A DNA stretch of 64,000 bases from Octopus sinensis (lineage: Eukaryota). The notes beneath the pieces are model-generated. The model ran no database searches. It was not told the DNA's origin and saw only the letters and a list, made by a program, of their open reading frames with translations. The translations under genes were made by a program, and so were the position numbers. Below are positions 10,936 through 23,198 of the stretch, piece after piece. Every line of letters begins with the position of its first letter. Positions within the stretch are counted from its first letter, which is position 1. Location: assembly GCF_006345805.1 (NCBI RefSeq), contig NC_043006.1:2728001-2792000 (forward strand), read 5' to 3'.

Positions 10936-13098
10936 ATTTTCTTTGAAAGATGAAGCTTAGAACATTTCGATAAAGATATTGGTTGACTGCTATGGAATGT
11001 TGTTTTGAAACAATTTTGTTTTTTAACTAGTTTCTCTTTCATCATTATAAATTATGAAAAAGTTGGCCAAAGTAAAACAAATTTTAGCAGAATGTTTTCG
11101 TTTTAATCATCATGTTCTATTTATTTTGGATATTTTTCTCACAAAAGTAACATTTTTATACTTTATCCTACACTATTACTTCTGGTGAGGAAGTTATTGT
11201 TTCGCCATTTACAAGGTTTCTCTTTCTCCATTCGTGGATGTATTTCTCATAAAGATGTCCTGGATAATGTTCTTGGCAAGAAGACATGGAACTGCGTTCG
11301 ATGATGAGGTAGAATTTCGGGAGTTTTAAGGAAAGTGTGTGGAGGTACCTGTTAATTACCTCTACTCCCAGGTCAGAAGGTTTCCAGTTAAGGCCCAAAT
11401 AGCAGAATATGGTCATGTGACTAAAGTGTACACCTATAAACCTTGATAGTGAATAATTGATGTGTAATATGTTTATTCTCAACTCCATTTCTTCAGATGC
11501 CATAGCTATGGGTGTCAGCGATCATGGACCCAAAGTGTAGAGATTCGGAGGAAGGCTTGCCTTTAGACATGTATCACACAAGCCTACTGATAAGCGGACA
11601 TTACCTGATGTCATGTGAAGCCATTCCGCTTGCTGGGGTGTTAAATAGGCCATGTGTCTCATGGGTAAACTTGGGAGAATAATAGATTAGCAGAGTAAAC
11701 TACCAATGAACGAGTAGAAGGCAACAAGGATTCACAGTTGTATGTTCCCTTAGCAAAATCACAAACCTTCAGACTTTAGGAAAGAGGTCCGTGATTCCTG
11801 ACACGGGCAGGTGTGGCATCTAAAGAGAGATTTGATAATAGACGTTACTTGTCAATTATTCCTTGTTAAATTAGTGGAGGCAGCAGTAATGCTCAGCCTC
11901 AACCTTCTACACTCTGGACTCATTTCCTACTCAGCTGATGTTTTTCTTTCATCTTTGCAATGTTGTTTAACATAGATATGACTGAGTGGTTAAAGATCTA
12001 AATTTGATCTTACTCTGTAATGTCTCAGTCAAAATGTCCTTTACCATAACCTCAAATTGACCCAAAACTTGTAAGGAAAATTGGGGGAAACTGTATGGAA
12101 GCCCATTGTTTGGAATGTACTTGTCATGTATTGTCACACTGATTTTTTTTAATTAAGGCTCCATGTTAATTTAACAGTTCAGTTGATTGAAGAATTGATT
12201 GCTCATTGTTGGAACCAGTGGTGGATCCACCTTCTTTGATAAAGAAAGGATCAACAATTTACTAGAAATGGGTTAATCTATTGTAGTCCCATCCCTGTGA
12301 AAATTGGCCTTGTTCCTAGTCAAAAGAACTCAAATACACAGTGGTTTCCTTGCTTACATTTCAAATTATAACATCTCCTGGTTCCTATTTACGGCTTGTT
12401 GGACTAAGCACTTGTGAATGAATCTATTTTGCTAAAGATGCAGCACAATGCTGATGATTCCTATTTCATCATCAGCTGTTCTGCCATTTCACCAGCATCC
12501 AATTGATTCCACCAGCTGCCTGGTACTCTCTCTCTTTTTCTATTAGATTGTTTTCCCTTTATTATGTAACTAGGTTAAAAGCTGCATTCTGTGCAGACTT
12601 TTAAGCTAGCTCCTGTGGAGGGCTAATTGGGCCTGTGGCCCAGAACTAATGAGAGTTAAATAGCATGACTATAATACAGCTATAATAACTATATGCCCTG
12701 GTGGCGCTTCATCAGAAGTTAAGGACAGATGAGAATTAATTCTGTATTGCAATCATTCTTTTGTTCCAGTTCCAAGAGGAATTCCAACTGTTGGCCAATT
12801 TCTCCCAAAGTTCTTATGTCTATGTAAAATTAATGAAGTGAATGTCATTTATCTTTCCCTTGATCTCTGATGTTATCTGACAAACACCAACCAAGATGGC
12901 AAGAATCAGCCAAGCTTTACCTGCTAGAAATAACAGCCCAAATGCTTTTAAATCGGATCCCAATGTTGGATGTTGAAGAATCAAATGAAGGGTAGATTTT
13001 CAATCCCTGATTCCAAAAAGGTATATGTCTATGTAGAGCAACTGTAGACTGAGATTCAGGAGTCTCAGACTCACAGAATTTCATGTTTATTATCATAG

Positions 13099-13179
13099 AT
13101 TATACTCTCAAGAACCACAATGACAAAAAAAGTATAATCGACCAGCCTTGCTACCCTAAGGAAAATTGGTATCACCGAG
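13099..13179 (+). CDS. Candidate internal coding exon (81 nt, phase 1-1) of an unidentified host gene
   Basis: Acceptor tttattatcatAG, donor CGAG|GTAAGC and an open frame (D)YTLKNHNDKKSIIDQPCYPKENWYHR. No repeat similarity noticed. No protein family recognised. Confidence 0.4.
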
Positions 13180-13554
13180 GTAAGCAGTTGTTGAAGACAG
13201 TCGATCAACAATTATTGCAGTCATTCATACAGCATTTGTAACATACAAGGGAAGAGAATATATCATTAAATGGCGAAGAAGTCCATTCAGTTTTGAGGTG
13301 ATTCAATGCAGTGACTATTCATTCCGATACAGACTGCCATAAATATATATTCAATTACAAGAGAAACACATTAATAACTCAAAAGTTTAACAGAAAAGCT
13401 TTGCTTATTTTGAAGGCTTCAGTTGGAAGTTATAAACATACAAGTGAGACATGACCTCCTGACCTGTCTAGAAGGACAGTGACCCTTCAAATAAGAACTG
13501 AATCAGACCATAATGACCCCTGTAACTCATGGCTGTATGGGAAACAGATGTGAA

Positions 13555-13668
13555 ATGACGATGACAACAATGACAAGGATGATGACGATGATGGTGATAA
13601 TGATCTTGATGATGATGATGATGATAATGATCTTGATGATGATGATGATAATGATGATGATGATGATG
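13555..13668 (+). repeat. (GAT)n-rich trinucleotide repeat
   Basis: Directly visible, degenerate GAT/GAC repeats. Confidence 0.9.
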
Positions 13669-13859
13669 AGTTATAGTTATATTGGTAAATTGTGAAAATA
13701 TACAGATAAGTCAGATTGCTTTCAAGAAACAAATTACAAAGTTTCGTATGAATATTTACTAACCTTGTGTGCATGAATAGTCAGAACTGAGGGTATATAC
13801 CAAAAAAGAATATATTTATGTTAAAAATTATTAAAGATAAAAATATTACAGTGCTGCCT

Positions 13860-14045
13860 GACTGACTCCTGTGCCGGTGGCATGTAAAAAGCACCCACTA
13901 CACTTTTGGAGTGGTTGGCATTAGGAAAGGCAACCAGCTGTAGAAACCTTGCCAGATCAGATTGGACCCTGGTGCAGCCTCCTGGCTTGCTAGTCCCCAG
14001 TCAAACCGTCCAACCCATGCCAGCATGGAAAACGGACATTAAACA

Positions 14046-14078
<33 letters not shown>
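13860..14078 (+). mobile_element. RTE 3' UTR/tail-only insertion
   Basis: GTGCCGGTGGCATGTAAAAAGCACC...GGAGTGGTTGGCATTAGGAAAGG...CCAACCCATGCCAGCATGGAAAACGGACATTAAACAATGAT(GAT)n, the same as the RTE 3' ends in this window. Confidence 0.85.
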
Positions 14079-14079
14079 G

Positions 14080-15010
14080 GCCACTTTGAAGAAAATGACT
14101 CATTGACCACAGACTCCTCAGTGCTTTTCATTCTCTGTTGAGAATATGCAAATAGATGATCCTGATGAGTTCCTCAGCACTGCAGATCCTCACAAGAATA
14201 AGTCAACCATTGGTTCACATGAAATCCCTTCAGTTAATCTTCCAGAGCTTCCTTGCATGTAGCAAACTTACCAAAATTTTAAAAGAAGGCATAATATGCT
14301 TCATTCATAAAAGAGGAAGTAGGACAGATGCCCAAAGATCATAGGCCTAACTCTGTTTGCAAGGTCATGGAGTGCATTGTAAGAAGCCAGCTGATCACAT
14401 TCCTTGAAGAAAATCATTTCTTTTTGCCGAGGCCTTCTATAAGGTTGACTCTCATATGCCATCTATTGATAACTGCAAATTACAGAAGGAACTGAGCACA
14501 ATATCCAGAGGGGCTGAAGAAAATAACATGCTGTTCAATGTTGAAAAGTTGTAAGCCTCTGCTGTAGGCACACCAACAGATTTCAATAGGACCCGGGTGA
14601 GCAATGCAGTTCCAGACTCACAGCCACTGCATGGCCTGGGATGTACAGGAGGAGTAATGCAAAATTTCATGTGCACCTAACTTTGAGATAGAAAGCAGTA
14701 CCGACCTCTTAATTGGACACCACGGCTTAGTATCATAGATCTGACCCTCTCTACTTTGAGTAAGGACCCAATACTGTAACAGTTTGGGGTTCGAGGACCC
14801 ACAACTTTTCAATTCCTTGCCAAAAAACTTAAAAGCTCTATGACATATAGATGTGGATGCGTTGAAAGACACTTAGGCAAATTTCTATCTGGGATGCCAA
14901 ACAATCCCACATCATGGCTAGAAATGCAGATAGGACAGCACTCCTTCACCAGAACCAAACCCAGAGAGAGTGGGCTGGGTAGTGGGTTGCAGTAGACTAA
15001 CAATCATGCT
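14080..15010 (+). mobile_element. CR1-like LINE relic, heavily decayed
   Basis: Fragments PLQLIFQSF, IHKRGSRT, CKVMECIVRSQLITFLEENH (about 14220-14420), LQKELSTISRGAEENNMLFNVEK (about 14480-14550) and VRGPxLFNSLPKNL (about 14790-14830) match CR1 RT and C-terminal patterns. Confidence 0.7.
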
Positions 15011-15105
15011 AATGGTAGAGCCCCAGCGTGGTCATACCCCCTTGCTGAAAAAATGAATGTAGAATTTAGGAGAAAAAGTTGATTGAACGAGAATTTTATC
15101 ATAAT

Positions 15106-15107
<2 letters not shown>

Positions 15108-15146
<39 letters not shown>
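15108..15146 (+). repeat. (CT)n microsatellite
   Basis: Visible pure CT run. Confidence 0.95.
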
Positions 15147-15149
<3 letters not shown>

Positions 15150-15336
15150 TTCCTTTCTGCCACTCTTTAATACTTTCTTGATTTGGACATTCTCCATAAA
15201 CACATTTCTAAATTTGTGGGTGTGTGCTGTGTTCTAAACAAACTATTGACTGACTTAAACATGGTTGCTATGGCTACAGCACAAAAAATTTACTTGATTT
15301 TTCTGTTTTGTCTAATAATTAAAAATTAGAGGTTTG

Positions 15337-15853
15337 GGATCTTTTCAAATTTGTGGCCAGGATCCCAGATCTTTCTAGTTAACTAAATAATTTGAAACTT
15401 TGTGTACTCATAGAGTGGAACTAGTTTATTCGCCAGTTGGAACTAGTTTATTTGAGAAAAATCTATTTTATGACTTTAATCGTAGATTAAAACTGCGAAT
15501 TTTAACCAATGAGATTGCTTGTTTTCATATCTAAAACGTTACTGCGATCTGTTAGTGTGACGTTGAAAGCAGTTTTGTGACGTCTGCTATTTCTAAAAAG
15601 CTTTGTGTGTGGTAAAGTAATTTTTTTACTTTACCATATTTTTATAAATTATATCGGAGAATCCATATTTTTATAACATATATCGGAGAATCCATGTGAT
15701 TTTTCGTTGTTTTTCTCTATACGTATGTGAATTATTTCTGAGTATGCATTGTCTGGGAGACTTTTTCTTGCAGTTGAGAAATTTTTGGCTGCTATTTCTA
15801 AAAAGCTCGGTGTGTGGTTAAGTAATTTTTTTACTTTACCATATTTTTATAAA

Positions 15854-15904
<51 letters not shown>

Positions 15905-16521
15905 TTACTCGGTGTATGTGTATATGTATGTCTGCATGTGTGTGTGTATGTATGTGTGTGTGTGTGTAAGTATGTGTAAAAAATTACAATGAATCGGCCA
16001 TACATACATACATACACATACACAGATACATACACACATACATTCAGGCATATACACATACACCGAGTAAAAAATTTCAGTTATCTCTCTCTTTCACACA
16101 TTACTCTCTCTGTCTCTTCACACACACTAACAGAAGCACTTCACTTACACAACATACTGTCTCCCACACCCCATCAAACACACACACACATGTACATCAA
16201 TGCTTCCCCTAGACGGTAACTTCAAAGACAAACTTTTGTTATTAGAAGGTGGCTGACTATAGCTTGTTTACATTTAAGATGTTTAATACGTCACGAAATT
16301 GGTGGTCGAGACGGAGTAAATAAAATAAAGCCGAATGACGGAATATCATTGGTTAAAATTCTAATTATTAAACAACGTTAAACTTAGAAGTTACAATTCC
16401 GTTTTCATTCTGGTTTACAATTAAGTTTACTTTTGACACATTCTACCAGTATACGAAGTTTCAAATTGTTTGGTTCAGTAGGAAAAATTTGAAAAAACTG
16501 GCTTCAGAATAGAAAAGATCC
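15337..16521. mobile_element. Non-autonomous DNA transposon with long TIRs and an 8-bp TSD (superfamily unassigned; Merlin- or Mutator-like)
   Basis: Termini GGATCTTTTC (15337-15346) and GAAAAGATCC (16512-16521) are a perfect inverted pair. They are flanked by the direct repeat GAGGTTTG (15329-15336 and 16522-16529). Further collinear inverted matches occur at 15372-15413/16443-16485 and 15497-15515/16343-16361. Confidence 0.8.
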
Positions 16522-16884
16522 GAGGTTTGTGTTCTAATCCTACTCGTGCACTCTTCTGTCAGACAACAGATGAGAGTTCCACAGTTTCTTGCTGAACCAC
16601 CTGCACAGGTGATTGTTTACAGTAATCAGATGCTTGTGCCGTACACTTAGCCCACCCCTATCAAATCAACTTTGTCTGTTGAGGTGCATGATGTACTATT
16701 TCCTCAAATGTCAAAGTGATCACAAAGCATGAGTAGGGAGAGTATAGAATAGCGAGGACCCTTTAGTTTTGCCCAATGCAAAACAGCATATCTAGTTTTG
16801 GTGTCATGATGAAATGCATCAAGGGCACATTGAAAAGTGATTGTTGTTAGACAGCACATCCAGCTCTAGAAACAATGTCAAAAA

Positions 16885-17108
16885 TGGAAATTCTTTCTAG
16901 TTTTGGTACAAGGTCAGCAGTTTTGAGGGGAAAGAGATAAGTCAATTGCATCAACCTCAGTACGCAGCTGGTACTTATTTTAACAATTCCAGTCGGATGA
17001 AAGGCAAAGTTGACCTCAGCAGGATTTGAACTCAAAATGTAAAGAGCTGGAAGAAATGATGTTGGGCATTTTGTCCAACATGCTAATGATTCTGCCAGCT
17101 CTCCACCT
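16885..17108 (-). mobile_element. tRNA-derived SINE family A
   Basis: The reverse complement reads GGTGGAGAGCTGGCAGAATCATTAGC...GAGTTCAAATCC...CTTTGCCTTTCATCC...AATAAGTACCAG, matching 3467-3636. Confidence 0.8.
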
Positions 17109-18276
17109 TTGAGAATTCCTTCTAATTTTAGTTCAAATCCAGCAATTTTGGAGGGAACGGTTTGTTGATTGTTTTAGCTCAACCATATCAAAAACGACAT
17201 TTACTAGTACAGTGTGGTTTCTGACTTGTTTAAACGACAGTAACTCCAAATACGAACTGACCATGGACTATAATGACCCAGCCTGCCCATGTCACCATGG
17301 AAAGTAAAGGCAACATGATGGTGGTGGTGGTGGTGGTGGTGATGATGATGATTTATTATAGAAATTGTTACCTAATTATCAGCTTTATTAAGTTATAGCT
17401 TTATGGACTTAACTTGAGTCTCTATCACTTCCCATTAACCAATTATTTTATATCTCTTGCATGCATCCATAGTAAGATTCTCAAAGATGTTTTGAAAATT
17501 TAGTTTGTTAATTGACAAAAAGTCATCTTTATGTTAATTAATTAAAGGCAAGATAGAAACATTATTTAATTTTGATATTGTTATTACACGAGATTTTTGT
17601 GTCGTTTATCTTTGGTGTTTAACCCTATAAACATCAACCATCTTTAGAAATAATTACCTTTAAGAATCATGTCAAACGAAGCAACCAAAATAATAATAAC
17701 AGCCAAAATTTTTTTTTTAATCACATAAAGTAAATAAATAGAAAAAAAGGAGGATGCTGTTGTCATTTTTAACTCCCAAGAAATGTTTACATGTGTTGTG
17801 GATATTCAGTTTGTTTCTAAGAATTAATGGTTTCACTTGTTTTTCTTCCCTTTGTCTTTTTTTGTCTCTCTCACCTTTCTTTCTTCCTTTATTGTTCTCA
17901 GAGTTTTTTTCTAGAAGCAGCTAAACATTCATAATTAAAACCAAGCTGTTGTTGATTCCATGTCGTTAGCCAATGATAAATTAAAGAACAATGTTCAGAG
18001 GAAATTTTCTATTTGATTTTGAGATTTTTGGGGAAAAATATTTCTTGCACATTTTGTGTATTTATTATTGGTTTATTTGAATTATTTATTAGCTTTTTAA
18101 ACTTTTTTCCCCTTCTATCTAGCTGTTTATCTTGTATGTGTGTCTGTGTGTGTGTATATATATACACACACATTATGTATGCATGTATACATATTACGTA
18201 TGTATATGTATCTATGTATATATGTACGTATGCATGCAGGTGTGTAGTATGTGTGTGTGTGTGTGTATATATATAT

Positions 18277-19830
18277 ATCATCATCATCATCATCATCATC
18301 GTCGTTTAGCGTCCGTTTTCCATGCTAGCATGGGTTGGACGGTTCTACTGGGGTCTGTGAAGCCAGAAGGCTTCATCAGGCCCAGTCAAATCTGGCAGTG
18401 TTTCTACGGCTGGATGCCCTTCCTAACGCCAACCACTCCGTGAGTGTAGTGGGTGCTTTTTACGTGCCACCCGCACAGGTGCCAGACAGAGCTGGCAAAC
18501 GGCCACGAACGGATGGTGCTTTTTATGTGCCACCGGCACAAGGGCCAGGCGAGGCTGGCAACGGACACGAAACGGGGCGGTGCTGGCAACGGTCGCGAAA
18601 CGGAAGGTTCTCTTACATGCCACCGGCACTGGTAACACATCTGCAATTTCCATTCTGATCCTCACTTGCCTCAACGGGTCTTCACAAGTAGAGTTTCGAC
18701 ATGCCACCGGCACTGGTAACACATCTGCAATTTCCATTGATCGATTTCGATTCTGATCCTCACTTGCCTCAACAGGTCTTCACAAGTAGAGTTTTGTGTC
18801 CCAAGAAGGGAAGGTATGCATACGTAGGCTGGCTCCATCCCAAGTAGAAGGCCACGGGTTATGGACTCACTTGTCCTGCCGGGTCTTCTCGCGCACAGCA
18901 CACTTCCAGAGGACTCGGTCTCTAGTCATTTCCTCAGTGAGACCTAAAGTTCGAAGGTCGTGCTTCACCACCTCGTCCCAGGTTTTCCTGGTTCTGCCTC
19001 TTCCACAGGTTCCTTCAACCGCTAGGGTGTGGCACTTTTTCACACAACTATCTTCATCCATTCTCGCCACATGACCATACCAACGCAATCGTCTCTCTTG
19101 CACACCACAACTGATGCTTCTTAGGTCCAGCTTTTCTCTCAAGGTACTTACACTCTGTCGATTATGAACACTGACATTACACATCCATCGGAGCATACTG
19201 GCTTCATTTCTTGCGAGCTTACGCATATCCTCAGCAGTCACGGCCCATGTTTCACTGCCATGTAGCATGGCTGTTCGTACACACGCATCATACAGTCTGC
19301 CTTTGACTCTGTGCGAGAGGCCTTTTGTCACCAGCAGGGGTAAGAGCTCTCTGAACTTTGCCCAAGCTATTCTTACTCTAGCAGTTACACTTTCAGCACA
19401 CCCGCCCCCGCTGCTGACTTGGTCACCTAGGTAACGGAAACTATCAACTATTTCTAGTTTTTCTCCCTGGAAAGTGACGGAAGTTGGTCTCAGAGCATTT
19501 TCAGTGTTTATTGTTCCTGAACATCTGCCACATACAAAAACCATCTTCCTAGTTAACCTTCCTTTGACATTGCTGCACCTCTTATGTGTCCATAGCTTAC
19601 ACTTGGTGCATCTTATAGAGTTTCTACCTACACCTTTTCTACAGATCGAGCAGGGCCATCTACCTGAAGGCGTTTGTGATTTGTCTACCTTCCTACTGAT
19701 TACGACTTTTGTTTTAGCTAGATTGACTCTGAGGCCCTTCGATTCTAATCCTTGTTTCCACACCTGAAACTTCTCCTCCAGTTCTGATAGCGACTCAGCA
19801 ATTAGAGCAAGGTCATCAGCATAGAGGAGC
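18277..19830 (-). mobile_element. RTE-clade LINE, 5'-truncated at the LYADD motif, with an open 298-aa C-terminal frame
   Basis: ORF 18867-19763 has a PHD-like WPCSIC...CTKCKLWTHKRC...VCGRC stretch and RLRWYGHVARM...GRGRTRKTW. The 3' UTR and (GAT)n tail lie at 18277-18866. It is flanked on both sides by TA/CA microsatellite. Confidence 0.93.
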
Positions 19831-19845
19831 TATATATATACATAC

Positions 19846-19894
<49 letters not shown>

Positions 19895-19990
19895 CAGGTA
19901 TATATATATACACACATACATGTATACATTTATACATACATACAGGTATATATATGTATTCATACATACATATATATATACATATATTCA

Positions 19991-20022
<32 letters not shown>

Positions 20023-20142
20023 ATATATACATATGCATGTATGAATATATGTTTATATATATATGTATGTATGTATGTATGTATGAATACATATATATAC
20101 CTGTATGTATGTATAAATGTATGCATGTATATATATATATAT
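19831..20142. repeat. Complex (TA)n/(CATA)n/(TATG)n microsatellite with an internal inverted duplication
   Basis: Visible directly. 19920-19975 is the reverse complement of about 20068-20127. Confidence 0.9.
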
Positions 20143-21434
20143 AAAGCTTGTTTAATTTATAATGAAAGTTTGTTGTGACTGAGATTTTAGCATTGGCCTT
20201 ACTAACCCTTATTTTACTGACTAGTGTATTCATGTGTGTGTGTGTGTGTGTGTGTGTGGTTATAATGCTCTAATGGCGATTTAATGGTTCAGCTGGGTGC
20301 TTCGCTGCCTGCTGCTGTTCCACACATTAATTCATGATGTGACAGGGTTGGGGCCGACTGGTGGCATTTTGTGCTTGAGCTCCCTTCAAATTTCAATTTG
20401 CTTCCGCTGTATTTATGAACCCAGCAGGAGTATGTCCCAGCTTCAATTTTTTTTATATTAGTTTTGGATTCCCCACCAGTGAAAATGCTAACCTAGAACA
20501 TAAGTTAAATAAACATGTTTGTGGTTCTAGCAATTTCATAGATTCATCAACTGGAGGGAAATAATTCCTGTTAACCTACTTTATCATTGACTGCCTGAAG
20601 ACATATGTTGATAATTTTTTCACATTTTGGTTCACTTGCCTCTTAATTCTTAATCTACCATGTTTAAATGAGAACAGAACTGAAAATAGAGAGTGAGAAA
20701 GCATGTGAATATTTTGGGAAAGGAATATTTTCAAGACTGGACTACTGCTTCATTGAAAGCTAGTCAGTGCTATTGCTTCTGAAAGCAGTGTCTGAAATGG
20801 TAAGATGGAATAAAAGAAAGAAAAAAAAACAAAACAAAACAAAAAGCAACCCTTTAGTCATCTTTTGAACAACATTACTGTTGAAAGCATCCATTTCAGA
20901 TAAATTATTCACACCTGAACTCTTAATTTGTTTTTTTTTTTCTTCCTCTTTTTTTTTTTTTTTCTGAAACTATTTTTCCTAAAAACTCTGTGAAAGTGAA
21001 ATGATTCAGTTTGCTTCTAAGATCTTTCAGGTATTATTCGCTTTGATTTACAGGCTTTTATTTTAAATTTTACTATTGTATTACCAACACCTTTATCATT
21101 TAGAAATCATAGATGTGCTTTTCCATTTGTTTCCCCTTTTTTTTTTTTTTTTCGTTTTTCCCCTTATTTTTCTGACTCTTCACTTTTCTGCCGTAATTGA
21201 CTCCACTCTTCTTCACAACTTGCTGATTACTCAACATCTTCTTCACTTCAACTGATTTCTCTGCTTCTCTTCACTTGTGCTGTATTCCATTCCATGCCTT
21301 ATACGTCTTCTTCGTTTATTCTGATTGCAACCCGTTTGCAGATGGGAGGCTTGCATACCGTTCCTGCCACAGCTGTAGTATTGGTATTAGTTGAGGCCAG
21401 TGGATCTTCTGTGGATATGTAGTATTGGTGATTA

Positions 21435-21436
<2 letters not shown>

Positions 21437-21499
<63 letters not shown>
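21437..21499 (+). repeat. (GA)n microsatellite
   Basis: Visible pure run. Similar runs lie at 34506-34566 and 42534-42586. Confidence 0.95.
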
Positions 21500-21502
<3 letters not shown>

Positions 21503-23144
21503 GCACACACATGATTGTTTCCATTGACTGGAACATATTCAAGGTGTAGCAATAGAGCAAAAAATGTCAGATTTATTTTTTGATGATAGAGAGGAAGAAT
21601 TCTGTTGCATGTTTCCATGACTACCAGTAGATGACTATAATGAGTTAGTAATTTAATACTTTTTTATTTTAGGATAACAGCTGATAACAACTTTTATTTC
21701 AGAGTAATTGCTGTGAAACTGTCTGGTGGACTTTGAACCTTTTATAGATACAACAGAGTTAAGTAAGTTAAAGATTAAGAAAATTTGACAGCTGAGATAA
21801 TTAAAATGTGGGAGCTATACAGCTGAGAAAGTGTTGACAAATGTATTTGTGCTGAGAGTGGGTTTTCTGGTATTAACAGAGGAAAGGGCCATTGTCTAAA
21901 GTTAGTGGATATGTGTTTGACATGGAATCTGAAAGTGTTAGTGCAGTTTGGACAAGATGTAAGATTGCAAAAAATGAAATCATTCACCAAGTGAGCTGGT
22001 CATCTTCGATTACACTGTGTAACAGGATCTTTGTCCTTGGGTAGCAACTGTTGTTTCCTATTTTCTGACCCCTAGAAAGTATGGGAAATGGCTACTATTT
22101 CCTTCAAACTTTGCTTTTGTTATGATGTTTATTCAAACCCCAAAGAATCCCTCTCAGCACATGGCTATGATGCTCCTCAACTACTCCTGCTTGTGATCAG
22201 AGATGCACATATTGTCAGCCACTAAGGGACATCATGCTCAAGTGGCTATGGTCAAACAACTGAGAAGCAAATCTGTGGTGTTGGGCAGAATAGTTACTAT
22301 AACGATATTTCTGCTTCAGCAACTTAGAACTGAATCTGTCTGGAATGTAATGGAAAATAAGTCAGTTTGAAAACATTGATGTCCAAGTCAGAAAAGCAAA
22401 GTTTGAAGGGAATGGTAGTGATTTCCTTTGATTTCTCAATAGAAGCAAATTTGGAAATAACACTTATTGACCAAAGACAAAAAAAAATTGTTACAGTGTT
22501 ATGTATCTGTTTAATTACCTTTTAATTTAAAGAATATTCCTTTATAAATTATGCTTTTTGGTTGGTATGCGAATAATCCACTGAGCTATTACTAGATTAT
22601 ATTTGGTTTATGTTTAATATTTCTGAGTTAATGATTTGTCAATTTGATTTATAATGTAGGTTTGGTAATATAGATCATGATAACATATTGAGATAACCTC
22701 ATAACAGTGATAAGATAAGAAGATCTTATCTAGACTGAAGGAAGAGTGATTGAGTTTGGATAGAAAACTAATGATAAAACAAAAAAGATGATGTAGCAGA
22801 AGAGCGCAAGAAAATGTTAGGAGCAAGTTTTTGATTGGCTACAAATATTTGATTGTTCCTCCAATGGAACCCTCTTAAGCTGTCCTGTAGCTATCACAAC
22901 TGTTGCCAATTTAGCCACCTCTTGTAATGTATGTTTATATGCTATCATGGCTGTGTGGTTAAATTGTTGACTTCACAACTGGTTTGTTCTGTGCAGTGCA
23001 TTACGTTATTGTTTCCTACCATGTTCTCCAGTTGACCAAAGCCTTGTGAGTGGCACTTGACAGACAGAAACTGTATGAAGACCCATCATGTACTTATGTG
23101 TGTCTGTATGTGTATACATACATACATACATACACAGACACAAA

Positions 23145-23198
<54 letters not shown>

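Noticed and set aside
11168-11503. 111-aa minus-strand ORF
   Set aside because: No recognisable domain, TTG/GTG-type starts inflate such ORFs, and I found no convincing splice pair.
14160-14200. CTGATGA cores (also about 12452 and about 58591) as hammerhead ribozymes
   Set aside because: None has a stem II followed by GAAA at the required spacing.
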